Shown here in pieces: positions 29,899 to 39,431 of a stretch of DNA of 64,000 nt. Source of the stretch: an uncultured bacterium (GTDB taxonomy: Bacteria > Actinomycetota > Acidimicrobiia > Spongiisociales > UBA5794); contig CAWDDT010000006.1 of the NCBI GenBank assembly GCA_963801165.1, positions 288,001 through 352,000 on the forward strand, given 5' to 3'. Position numbers and translations under genes: made by a program. Position 1 is the first letter of the stretch; each line of letters begins with the position of its first letter. The notes below the pieces were generated by a model, which was given only the letters and a program-made list of their open reading frames with translations, had not been told where the DNA came from and searched no databases.

Positions 29899-31182
29899 CT
29901 ACCCGAGGCTGTCCTGAGCCACAGACTGGAAGTCCTCCAGCTGCGAGCTGATGGTGCTCGGATCGAGGATCACAGCACCGAGCAACTCGATCCACTGTGC
30001 CTTGAGATCGTTCGAGATCAGCTCAGTAGTGCCGTCGACCGTTGCCAGCAGCCCGGATGTCTTGCCGAGCAGGCCGGTTTCGGACGACGAATCCACATGC
30101 ACATTGGCGACGGAGTATCCGCTCTCGAGAAACAGCGTTTGGCCGTCTGTGCTGGCAAGGTACTGCGCCAACTCTCGGGCCGCCGGGCTATCGGTCAACA
30201 CGACGACGACATCGGAGTACACCATGGACGCGTTCTCACCGGCCGACTCTGTCGGGAACATGACATAGTCGATGGTCTCGCCCTCGACGAGATTCTCGTT
30301 CACGGCCCCGATTGCGAGACCCCCACCCCAGCTGCCGGCCTGTACGAACGTGGCATCGGCGTTCTCTCCGAAGACACGAGCGAAACCGTCAACCAATCCC
30401 GTCCCCAGAGCACCCTCGGGTCCTCCGGCGGCGTAGTCGGCGCCGTAGTAAGTGGTCATCTTCTCCAGCGCGGCCGAGACGCTCGGATCGGTGAAGGGAA
30501 CGTCGCCCGCCCAGAGTGCCGTGTTCTGTGCGGCCCCGTAGCTTGCGGTGTAGATGACCGCAAAGAGCATATCGAGTGTCCAACCGTCGGCTCCGATTCC
30601 CGCCACGCAGGCCTCGCCGGAGGCAGCCATTGAATCGCAATATGCTACGAAGTCGGCCCACGTTGCCGGAGGCTCGGTAACGACCGCTGGGTTGTACCAG
30701 AGCGCACTCCCGATATCGGCGCGAGTCGGGAACGCATACGGAGTCCCGTCGACGCTGAACGCGCCGAGCAGCCCGTCGGCGAAGTTGCTCGCGAGCTCAT
30801 CCTGCATGAAGTCGAGCGGCACGAGCGCTCCCTGGGCCGCGAAGTCGAGGAGCCCGTTGCCTGTCGGCAGAACCGCTAGATCCGGTGGAGACCCGGCGGC
30901 GATCCTGGTCGACAGTGGTGCCAACACATCATCGACACCTTCGTAGACGACTTCGACTCCCGATGTCTCGCGGAACCCATCGAGAACCAACTCGAAGGCA
31001 TCTGCTTCGGTCGCACGCCAGGGTCCGATGATCTGCAGGCTCGCCGATTCAGCCGCCGGTGCGACTGTGGACTCGGTGGGCTGCGTCGTCACAGTTGATC
31101 CGGCGGAGTCGTCGCCGCCCCCGCAAGCAGCCGCAATGAGCGCTAGCGCCACCAGCACAATGGCGAAGCGTGTCCGTTTCAT
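29899..31182 (-). CDS. Carbohydrate ABC substrate-binding lipoprotein
   Basis: Lipobox IAAACG, AGSPPDLA; operon context. Confidence 0.9.
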   Translation of the reverse strand: MKRTRFAIVLVALALIAAACGGGDDSAGSTVTTQPTESTVAPAAESASLQIIGPWRATEADAFELVLDGFRETSGVEVVYEGVDDVLAPLSTRIAAGSPPDLAVLPTGNGLLDFAAQGALVPLDFMQDELASNFADGLLGAFSVDGTPYAFPTRADIGSALWYNPAVVTEPPATWADFVAYCDSMAASGEACVAGIGADGWTLDMLFAVIYTASYGAAQNTALWAGDVPFTDPSVSAALEKMTTYYGADYAAGGPEGALGTGLVDGFARVFGENADATFVQAGSWGGGLAIGAVNENLVEGETIDYVMFPTESAGENASMVYSDVVVVLTDSPAARELAQYLASTDGQTLFLESGYSVANVHVDSSSETGLLGKTSGLLATVDGTTELISNDLKAQWIELLGAVILDPSTISSQLEDFQSVAQDSLG

Positions 31183-31192
31183 GTTCTTCCTT

Positions 31193-32254
31193 TCAATCAG
31201 GGGCTGGTTGCCCCGTTGCCCGCTTCTTCTCTCTAGGAGAAACCTGTTGAGTCGTGCTCCGCACGATGAGAGTGGTCGGGAGTACGAGCTCGTCCGCTTG
31301 GTCCTTGCCGTCGACGATGCCAAGCACCTTCCTGGCGGCTGTCGCGCCCATGTCACGCAGCGGCTGTCGTATGGCCGTAAGCGGTGGGTCCGTTTCCCGC
31401 ACGAGCTCGGAGTCGTCGAACCCGACGATCGCTACGTCCTCTGGGATGCGGCGGCCGGAACGATGTAAAGCACGTAGGGCACCGATCGAGTACCGGTCGA
31501 ATACGCAGAACAAACCCTTGAGATCAGGCTGTGCTGCTAGGAGTTGCTCCGACGCGCCCTCGCCGGACACGGAAGAATCGTCATTCCCGAACCCGACAAG
31601 AGCTTCGTCATAGGCAATGCCCGCGTCCTCCAGGGCTGCCCGGTAGCCCAGAAGGCGCTGATCGAAGACCGGTATGCCGGGCGTGCGCGTAATGGCACCG
31701 ATCCGGCCCTGGGTCGAATCTATGAGGTGCCGGACTCCTTCCCTGGCACCGCCGAAGTTGTCGGCCCGGACCGATGGGAACGAGGGACGATGCTCATAGT
31801 CGTCGACGAGCACCACCGGCATACCCTCGGCGTTGATCCGTTCGAGGTAGTCGAGCATGCCCGGCGGAAGAATTGCCACGAAGCCGTCTACTGCACGCGA
31901 TTTGATGATGCGTCGTGCAAGCTCGTCTCGGGATTCTGGATCGGACCCGACGCTCGCCAACGTCACCGTGAGGCCTGCCTGCCCGACCGCTTCGACGACA
32001 CCTCGCATGACGTGAACTGTCCACTCCCACCACATCCCGGCTGGGACGAGCACACCGATCGATCCGGCCTTTCCGTTGGCCAGGGATTGAGCTCTGGCGG
32101 CGGGAACGTAGCCCAGCTCATCCATCGCAAGACGGATGCGCTCGACGGTGCCGGCGCCTAGCTCCCCCTTGCCGTTCAAGACTCGCGACACGCTTGTCTT
32201 CGACACCCCGGCCTGCCGCGCTACGTCGGCCATCGTCGCTCGGCGAACAGTCAT
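31193..32254 (-). CDS. LacI family transcriptional regulator
   Basis: TMADVARQAGVSKTSVSRVLN; IPEDVAIVGFDD. Confidence 0.95.
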   Translation of the reverse strand: MTVRRATMADVARQAGVSKTSVSRVLNGKGELGAGTVERIRLAMDELGYVPAARAQSLANGKAGSIGVLVPAGMWWEWTVHVMRGVVEAVGQAGLTVTLASVGSDPESRDELARRIIKSRAVDGFVAILPPGMLDYLERINAEGMPVVLVDDYEHRPSFPSVRADNFGGAREGVRHLIDSTQGRIGAITRTPGIPVFDQRLLGYRAALEDAGIAYDEALVGFGNDDSSVSGEGASEQLLAAQPDLKGLFCVFDRYSIGALRALHRSGRRIPEDVAIVGFDDSELVRETDPPLTAIRQPLRDMGATAARKVLGIVDGKDQADELVLPTTLIVRSTTQQVSPREKKRATGQPAPD

Positions 32255-32282
32255 TCGGTCCAAACCTCCCAATGGGAAATGC

Positions 32283-32318
32283 GCAACCGGTTCCGCAACC
32301 GGTTCCGTAAGCGGTTCC
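32283..32318. promoter_or_regulatory. Three tandem 12-bp LacI-type operator-like boxes
   Basis: GCAACCGGTTCC GCAACCGGTTCC GTAAGCGGTTCC directly upstream of the LacI gene; CG-centred palindromes. Confidence 0.7.
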
Positions 32319-32416
32319 AAAGTACCAATCCTGGGACCATCCGTCAAGGGAGGAGCGCCGCCAGCAAAGAAGCCGGGGCGGCCAATGGGCGGGATGCACC
32401 GGCGTACCGGTGTCGC

Positions 32417-33388
32417 TCAGACCGTGGGATCTACTCCTCGAGCCCTGATCTCATCGAGCCAGCTATGGGCGGCAAGCGTATGGGAATGCGGCAGCAGGTC
32501 GCTCTGCGTTCGCCCCGCCCGAACACAGCGCTCGACCTCTTCCACCTCAGGCAGAAGGCCGTGCCCATCCCCGTCCAGCTCGATCACGGTCGGTTCATCA
32601 CCCGGTCGAGTGACAACCAGCTGACGGCTCAGATGGAACGGCGCCCGGATAGAAATCGAGCCGGCGGGACCGGCGACAACGGCCTCGCTTGGTGCCGCGT
32701 TGATGAACGAGACGCCAAGCACAGCCACTGCACCATTGCGATGACGAGACAGCACACGAGTTTCGAGGTCCACCCCGGTCGGTCCGATGGTGACTTGGGT
32801 TTCCGTCTCGAGGGGCGGGCCGAGAAGAAGCAAGGCAAGATTGATCGGATACACACCGATGTCCGCCAGCGCACCGCCACCGAGGTCAGCGTTCATCCAC
32901 CGACGCCGAGGGTCCGTGTCGGCCAGGTATGACATGTTGGCCTGTACGTAGTTGATCGGTCCGGTCGCGCCCGTGTCTACAAGCTGCTGAATCCTCTCGA
33001 AGAACGGCTGGAAACGCATCCACATGGCTTCCATGAGGAACACGCCCGATTCCTCGCTCGCCCGCATGAGGAGCCGCGCTTGGTGCGCATCGAGTGCAAG
33101 TGGCTTCTCGCACAAGACGGCCGTACCACGGTCAATGCAGCTCATGACATTGGCGAAGTGTCGGTCGTTGGTGGTCGCCACGTAGACGACGTCGACGTCA
33201 TCAGCGGCGGCAACCGCCTCATGAGAGGACTCGGCGCGGCCTGAGCCGAGCTGATCCGTGAGCTCGGCCGCGGCGCCCTCCCGGGATGAGCCAACGGCGG
33301 CCACGATCCGACCCGACGATGTAAGAACGTCCGCCATCGCCCGCGCCATGCCACCAGTGCCCATAATGCCCCAATGCAGTGGCGTCAT
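32417..33388 (-). CDS. Gfo/Idh/MocA oxidoreductase
   Basis: WGIMGTGGMA, VLCEKP, GGGALADIGVY. Confidence 0.92.
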   Translation of the reverse strand: MTPLHWGIMGTGGMARAMADVLTSSGRIVAAVGSSREGAAAELTDQLGSGRAESSHEAVAAADDVDVVYVATTNDRHFANVMSCIDRGTAVLCEKPLALDAHQARLLMRASEESGVFLMEAMWMRFQPFFERIQQLVDTGATGPINYVQANMSYLADTDPRRRWMNADLGGGALADIGVYPINLALLLLGPPLETETQVTIGPTGVDLETRVLSRHRNGAVAVLGVSFINAAPSEAVVAGPAGSISIRAPFHLSRQLVVTRPGDEPTVIELDGDGHGLLPEVEEVERCVRAGRTQSDLLPHSHTLAAHSWLDEIRARGVDPTV

Positions 33389-33595
33389 CGGTGTTCTCGA
33401 CGCGGTGCGACCGGCAACACCCGCGGCCACACCGCGGAGCCGCTGTCCGGCCGCATAGTTGTTGTCGTCACGCAGATCACAGGAGCGAACAGTAGCGGGA
33501 GCCTCCGCTAGCTTGGCTTCACGTCCGCCGCAGTTCTGGCGATCAGTTTGACGAACGTCCCGATTTGTGGCCCGGCCCATGTCGTCTCCTGATCG

Positions 33596-34255
33596 TCACC
33601 CGCTTCGTGAGTTCTTGGGATGGAGGTGGTAGCGGAGGTGGGTGACGAGTGGCGAGTGAATCGCCTCCGCGATCTCGATTCCGATTCGATTGGTGTCGAG
33701 GCCGTCGAGTAGCGGTGTGCCGCCACCGAACACCACGGGCGCCAGGTCGATAGCCAGCTCGTCGACTAGACCGGCGTTGAGATACTGGACGATGACGTTG
33801 GCTCCTCCCGAGATCCGGATGTCGTCTTCGCCCGCCACCTCACGTGCCTGCTCGAGGGCACCCTCTATCCCATCGTTGACGAAGTGGAAGGTCGTGCCGC
33901 CGGGACGGACCCAGGGCTCGCGGACCGCGTGGGTGAGCACGAACACCGGCGTGTGGAAGGGCGCCTCCTCGGGCCACATCGCTTCGCCCAACTCGAACAT
34001 CCGCTTGCCCATGATGCTCACACCGGTGCGCTCGAACGTCCTGCGCACGATGTCGTTGTCCTCCCCGGTCTCCCCACCCTCACCAAGCCCCAGGCGTTGT
34101 TGGAAGTACTCCTGCTGCAACAGCCAGTTCTGCATCTGAGACCACTTCTCCGCCCAACCCAGATGCTCGGGATCGAAGGCATGATCGACATCCATCCCCT
34201 CCGGCGCCATGTAGCCGTCGAGGGTCATACCTACGCTGACAAAGACCTTGCTCAC
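33596..34255 (-). CDS. Dihydrofolate reductase-like (RibD C-terminal) protein
   Basis: MTLDGY, IMGKRMF, ISGGA, AGLVDE. Confidence 0.9.
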   Translation of the reverse strand: MSKVFVSVGMTLDGYMAPEGMDVDHAFDPEHLGWAEKWSQMQNWLLQQEYFQQRLGLGEGGETGEDNDIVRRTFERTGVSIMGKRMFELGEAMWPEEAPFHTPVFVLTHAVREPWVRPGGTTFHFVNDGIEGALEQAREVAGEDDIRISGGANVIVQYLNAGLVDELAIDLAPVVFGGGTPLLDGLDTNRIGIEIAEAIHSPLVTHLRYHLHPKNSRSG

Positions 34256-34722
34256 GATTTGCCCCTGTTTCTTTCAACATGGGCAGCAAGGCGAGACAGC
34301 GTCTGCTCGGCGCCCTCGATGGCGTGGAAACGCTCTACGGCGCGATCCCGCAGCTCCTTGGTCTTGAACACCGAGCGGAGGGTGACCTCGCAGTCACCGA
34401 CCTGCTCGTCAAAGGTCACCGTTGAGACGAAGGCGTCGGGATCGTCCCTCCTCGACCCGTGACGCATGACGATCCGCTCCGGCAGTGAGATCTCGAGGTA
34501 CTCGACGTGATTCGGATAGTCGGTGCCATCGGGACCATGCATCGTGTAGTCCCACACACCACCGGGCCGGAACTCGAACGCATGTGTCGTCGTCGAGAAC
34601 CCTGTTGGCCCAAACCACTTCGACAGATGACGGACCTCGCTGAACGCCTCGAAGACGAGATCCCTCGGCGCCTCGATCGTCCTCGAGACGACGACCTCCC
34701 GATCCTTCTCCTCATCCGTCAT
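34252..34722 (-). CDS. SRPBCC/AHSA1 family protein
   Basis: SRTIEAPRDLVFEA, WFGPTGF, GPDGTDYPN. Confidence 0.9.
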   Translation of the reverse strand: MTDEEKDREVVVSRTIEAPRDLVFEAFSEVRHLSKWFGPTGFSTTTHAFEFRPGGVWDYTMHGPDGTDYPNHVEYLEISLPERIVMRHGSRRDDPDAFVSTVTFDEQVGDCEVTLRSVFKTKELRDRAVERFHAIEGAEQTLSRLAAHVERNRGKS

Positions 34723-35056
34723 CCTTCGTGCCCTCCTTCATCGTCTTTACGTATTCGTTGAGACGGTCGAAGCTCTCGTTCCAGAACTCCTCGAAACCGC
34801 CGGTCCATTCATGGATCTTGCGCAGCCCACCAGCATCCAACCCATACACACGTTGTTTGCCAACCTGGTGCACATGAACCAGGCCAACCTCTCTCAACAC
34901 GCGCAGGTGTTTCGAAGTGGCCGGTTGTCTGAGGCCGATCTCGTCGGCGACACCGCCAACTGAGAGCTCGCTGTGTTTGAGCACAGTGAGAATCCTCCGA
35001 CGCTGCGGCTCGGCAATTGCATTGAAGACATCAGAGGTAGTGGCGGCTCGTGCCAT
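34712..35056 (-). CDS. ArsR/SmtB family regulator
   Basis: FNAIAEPQRRRIL, TSKHLRVLREVGLV. Confidence 0.92.
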   Translation of the reverse strand: MARAATTSDVFNAIAEPQRRRILTVLKHSELSVGGVADEIGLRQPATSKHLRVLREVGLVHVHQVGKQRVYGLDAGGLRKIHEWTGGFEEFWNESFDRLNEYVKTMKEGTKDDG

Positions 35057-35063
35057 GAAGGCA

Positions 35064-35091
35064 AGCATATTCCTATATAGGCACGTGTCAA
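35064..35091 (-). promoter_or_regulatory. Sigma70-type promoter with overlapping palindrome; probably leaderless ArsR mRNA
   Basis: TTGACA-N16-TATGCT, 7 nt before ATG 35056; CCTATATAGG palindrome in the spacer. Confidence 0.65.
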
Positions 35092-35297
35092 ACTCGGCGA
35101 AGACTGCCAGTGCAACGAGACATAGTCACAACCATCCCGGGCAACCGAGGGAGCGTTCGACTTCGACCTCTAGGGTGTGCTCGTGTTCCTCGGCTGTCAC
35201 GGCAACGGCCTGCGGATCCTGGATGTCGCAGACTGAATACGGGCGAGGAGACCGAGTACAACTTCAGGCGAACGCGTCAGACCGAATGTGCTCGCAG

Positions 35298-35723
35298 CTA
35301 TCCGCCCCGGCCACCATCGTCGAGGTCACTCCATACCTCCCCTTGCTGGTTGACATACCGTGCGTTGTGTGCGTCACGGAGTCGCCACAGTGGATAGAGC
35401 GGAGAACGCGAAGCGCGACAGGACTGCCAAACGAGATCGGTTGTCGCACCGGGCATCCTGGCCAGGCTTGTTGCCGTTTCCGCATTTATCGCGAGGTGCT
35501 CGCTGCCGCCTGGTAGTACCGCCCATTCGGCCACTTCCTTTGACGATGCGTCTACGGTCGCAACGCCCGTCCGTGATCCCTGCGGCCCAAAGACAACCAG
35601 GTAATAGTGCTTGCCAACCTTGTCGAGACGCTGGACTCGTACAACGTCCGCCCGCACGGACTCTTCGATCCCTATTCGGGCGCGAGCCAGCGATACCGCC
35701 TCAGCCGCCTCATCGGAAATCAA
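35298..35723 (-). CDS. Hypothetical protein paralogous to the C-terminal domain of the upstream protease
   Basis: VQRLD..YYLV and LVW..CR.S.SP.YP blocks are shared with 35748..36965. Confidence 0.75.
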   Translation of the reverse strand: MISDEAAEAVSLARARIGIEESVRADVVRVQRLDKVGKHYYLVVFGPQGSRTGVATVDASSKEVAEWAVLPGGSEHLAINAETATSLARMPGATTDLVWQSCRASRSPLYPLWRLRDAHNARYVNQQGEVWSDLDDGGRGG

Positions 35724-35747
35724 GGACCCTTCGTCCTTCCCCTGTCG

Positions 35748-36965
35748 CTAGATCCCGCGTCCTGCCGGATGGAGTTGCGTAAAGACCGCGCCATCAACCC
35801 GAATGTACAGTCGGTGCCCGCCAATGGTCACCATGTGGAAGGGATAGAACGGGCTGAGCGATTCCCGGCAAGGCTTCCAAACAAGGGTTGGGTACAAGCA
35901 ATACGCGTCGGGCCGGACCCGCACACGTCCCAGAGGTTCATCCAGGTCGAATACCCGGCCGGCGATCATTTCGACAGCTCGACGTGGATCGAGCATCTCG
36001 AATACCGTCTGTGCTCGAGACAATGCCCCGGTCTCCCGGTAGTCGCCGAAGCGTCCGTCCACACTGACGAAAGCGCTTGCCCGGTCGTTCGAAACCATCG
36101 GGACCAGGTAGTAGAACGTATCCGTGACATCAAGTCGCTGGACCAGGTGTGGCTGCGACGGCTCTGTTCCTTCGAGGATCCGACCCCAATCCTCGCGACG
36201 GCGCAGCCCGTATTGCTCGAGCCCGCGGATGGCGAGCTCAATGGCTTCCCCGCCATCCAGAAGCCGCTCTCCAGACAGCCGCTCTGGACGCGGGGCCTGG
36301 TCTCCCAGCCGTTGTGCCGGCGGATCCGGATCGCAAACGGCGACAAAGTCACCCTTCCAATGCCCGGAGGGGACGCCCGTCATATAGGTGGATTTCCAGG
36401 TTGCGTACGCGATGTGTTGGTTGTCGATGCCGTGATTCCCACCCGTTCCGCAGCCATCACCGCCCGAGTGCGGTGGTGGCGGTGGTGGAGGAGGAGCCGA
36501 TGGAGCGTACCAACTCGGACAAGGCGGCCACGGGTTGTTGACATCGAACGCCGTGATCGTGTAGCCCGTATCGGATGACGACGACGGTGCCGCGCTCGCG
36601 TCAAACCCTCGGATGACGATCCAGTGGTCCCACCCGAATACCAGAGCTGCTGGAGCAACTTGATAGTGGTGGATAGTCCATACGAGTTTGCGAGAGATGG
36701 TGTCCTCGGTGGAGGGTGAGTACGTGACGAACCAACCGCCGAAGCCGGCGGGTCGCCGGTCGTTGAGGGTCCATTGCAGGCCGTCGGGGGCGGTATACCA
36801 TGCCGACTCGATCGTGCTGTGGTTGTGATTGTCCGTATACAGGTCGTCTTGGTCGAGCAAGCCTGCGCCGATCGAGTCGAGAATCATCTGGGCGCATGCG
36901 GCACCGCAGTAGTAGTCGGTGTCTTGCTGGTGGTAGGCGACGGTCAGGTCTTCCTGGGTGGCCAT
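35748..36965 (-). CDS. C39-like papain-fold cysteine protease with uncharacterized C-terminal domain
   Basis: QQDTDYYCGAACAQM, HWIVIRG, VNNPW; GGAG RBS before MATQED. Confidence 0.75.
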   Translation of the reverse strand: MATQEDLTVAYHQQDTDYYCGAACAQMILDSIGAGLLDQDDLYTDNHNHSTIESAWYTAPDGLQWTLNDRRPAGFGGWFVTYSPSTEDTISRKLVWTIHHYQVAPAALVFGWDHWIVIRGFDASAAPSSSSDTGYTITAFDVNNPWPPCPSWYAPSAPPPPPPPPHSGGDGCGTGGNHGIDNQHIAYATWKSTYMTGVPSGHWKGDFVAVCDPDPPAQRLGDQAPRPERLSGERLLDGGEAIELAIRGLEQYGLRRREDWGRILEGTEPSQPHLVQRLDVTDTFYYLVPMVSNDRASAFVSVDGRFGDYRETGALSRAQTVFEMLDPRRAVEMIAGRVFDLDEPLGRVRVRPDAYCLYPTLVWKPCRESLSPFYPFHMVTIGGHRLYIRVDGAVFTQLHPAGRGI

Positions 36966-37411
36966 GATCTCCTCCGATCTGAAGCCATCCGTGGTGTAAC
37001 GACACGACAAGCAGCTCGCTATGCGACGCAGCCCTGACCACCGCACACACCCCGGCCCGGCGGGGCGGACCTGCGCACTCCACCGCGTCACACGTCAGCT
37101 CGGAAATCGCGCCGTCGACACCGCGCGAGTTACCCGTAATTATCCTCCGCGTAGCTGTGGACGGTCGCGGATGTTTTCGCGAGCTGGTTGACCACCACGG
37201 TTGGCACCGCCAGTGCCGAGACCCGTGGCCTCTTGACCCGAGCTGGAAAAGCGGGGATCCGAGGATACTGGGGAAATGTGCAACACATGCCCCTGGCCTC
37301 AGCGTTCTTCAGCCGGAAAACGCCATTCTCCAACCGCACGACCTCAGTTTTCCCCGGGAAGTGCCGTCTGTCCGCAACCCGGCGCACGTGTCGAGGCATC
37401 ACCGCTGAGGA

Positions 37412-37729
37412 TCAGAGTGGGTCGAGGCGGGCCTCGAGCAGACAGAACGTGTTGCCTTCGGGGTCGGCCAGGACATGCCCCCCCTCGTCCCCCGTCTAGC
37501 CGACATGGGCCGGACGAGCACCGAGTTCGAGAAGGCGTTCGCGTTCAGCGTCCTGATCGCGGTGGGTGGCGTTGACGTCGATATGCAGCCGGGACTTCCC
37601 CTTCTCCGGCTCATCCCTGCGACTGAGGATGATCGTCGGCTGCGGACCGCCGAACCCTGCGCGCGGCCCGATCTCGAGCGTGCCGTCGTCCAGGCGATCG
37701 AGCACGAGCTCACTGATACGACATACCAT
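37412..37729 (-). pseudogene. VOC family pseudogene (copy of 24944..25324)
   Basis: 63-nt in-frame deletion between AGCACGA microhomologies, plus a CAG>TAG stop at 37496-37498. Confidence 0.88.
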
Positions 37730-38045
37730 TAACGAAACCGCCCTCGGCCTCGGAACTGCCGGTGAGGCCACACGCGTACCTCACGCCCCCAGCACCGTAA
37801 ACAATCCCGCGATCGTACCGGACGAGGAGACCACGGGAGAAGTGATTTCCGGGCTGCCCATGGTGACACGAACCGCCTCCGGACCGCTAGGGCGCGACGT
37901 GACGGCGGATGGTGGTTCTACTGGGCGACAATCGGCTGGGGGCGGGGTTCGGGCAGAACATGGTGGCGTCCTCAAAGATCGACCCACCAACGGTTGTGAC
38001 GCTGCGGCAGAACATGGTCTTGTCGCGAAGGAGATACGGAAGTTC

Positions 38046-39431
38046 TTAGGCCTTCACCCGCTCGATCGAGCGGTCCGCACGCAGCACAACGAGCCGTGCC
38101 GCCGCTGACGGCGTGAAGCGCTCGCTGGCAAAGACAACCGCCTCTCGTTTCGTCGCAAATACTCGCTTCGAGATCGCCTTCCCGCGCACTCGATGCACCT
38201 GCCAGCCGCCCGCTGCTCTCGGCTCGACTGTGTCGGTGAGCGACTTCGTGTCGGGGAATGCGTATAGACCCGGCCGACGCGGCAACCATTCGAGATGAGC
38301 GCGATCTGCCGGGATACCCGGCGTAGCTGCGGCGTCGGGTGTCAGCGGCGACGTGGCCCAGAATGTTGTGAACGGCTGCGTCCAGTCGACGGCCTCTGCG
38401 TACGACATCACGGTGCTCCGAGCCGAGTCGATGGCAGCGTCTGTCGACTGACGCCCCAGGAAGTGGAGCCCCTGACGTAGCATGCGCAGCCCCACCGTGA
38501 GCAGCGGTGGACCGAGATTGGCGGCCCGTACCAGTGAGTCGGCAGCCGCCTCCAGGTCACGTTGTTGCGGGTCCCAGAGCATCTGCAAACCGTGGATGAT
38601 GGCGGCATCGGGCAGATAGCTTTTCCAGTTCTCGAAATTGCCGGGCCAGTAATGGAGCCGCCCGTACTCCCCTGCCTTGAGCAGGTAATAGCCTCCGATG
38701 GCCGCGCCCGTAGGATCCGCGAGCTTCTCGAACAACAGACGCTCCGCGGCAACCATTCGACCGGTCTCGACCTCGCCCCGGCTCAGATACCGAAGCACCG
38801 AATCAACCTGGCGGTCGTGTTTGGACGCGAGGTCCGAGGCAATCGATACGCTCACGGCCATTCCTCGCCCGTCCGTAGCCATAGGGGCGACCGGCCGGAT
38901 AGCGATCGAGGCTAGCGATTCAGCCGGGAGGACAGAGACACGTGGCGTGGCCGCTGGTGATCCGATAAGCACGTAGTTCATGCCGCGCGGCAGGAGGTCT
39001 TTGAAGGTGATCTTCCAGGAGATCAGGTCCGACTCGCTGTAGCTGGCGGGCCACGGCTGCGGGTTCGCCCCCCATAGCTGAACCCAGGGTGTCTCTGCTG
39101 CGCTCCGGCGGTGGCTCCGGTACCGTTCCGGGGCGGGCGCTTGCCCGGCGGCCGTCTCCCAACTCAGCCACTCGTGCTGCGACGGCGGCGCTGGGATGTC
39201 GACCTCCCCTTCGCTCGAGGCAGCCACCTGGATCAGACGTCCCCCCGGGAATCTGGCCCGCACCACGTGTCGCTCGCCGGTTACCTCGACACCGGTCACA
39301 TCGCCTACCTGTAGCGACCTTTCTATGAGCAGCTCACCCGAGTCCGCATCGATGATCTCGGCAGTCAGGAGAGCCCCGTCGAGCCGGTTGCCGCCCGTGG
39401 TGTTGATGACCCTGATGTCGAGATGAGTCAT
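38046..39431 (-). CDS. Caspase-associated hypothetical protein with C-terminal DUF2188-like domain
   Basis: ATGA overlap with the caspase stop; tail VEPRAAGGWQV...FATKREAV...LVVLRADRSI resembles DUF2188. Confidence 0.7.
   Translation of the reverse strand: MTHLDIRVINTTGGNRLDGALLTAEIIDADSGELLIERSLQVGDVTGVEVTGERHVVRARFPGGRLIQVAASSEGEVDIPAPPSQHEWLSWETAAGQAPAPERYRSHRRSAAETPWVQLWGANPQPWPASYSESDLISWKITFKDLLPRGMNYVLIGSPAATPRVSVLPAESLASIAIRPVAPMATDGRGMAVSVSIASDLASKHDRQVDSVLRYLSRGEVETGRMVAAERLLFEKLADPTGAAIGGYYLLKAGEYGRLHYWPGNFENWKSYLPDAAIIHGLQMLWDPQQRDLEAAADSLVRAANLGPPLLTVGLRMLRQGLHFLGRQSTDAAIDSARSTVMSYAEAVDWTQPFTTFWATSPLTPDAAATPGIPADRAHLEWLPRRPGLYAFPDTKSLTDTVEPRAAGGWQVHRVRGKAISKRVFATKREAVVFASERFTPSAAARLVVLRADRSIERVKA

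Noticed and set aside
37092-37380. Short overlapping ORFs next to the VOC pseudogene
   Set aside because: No recognisable domain or translation signals.
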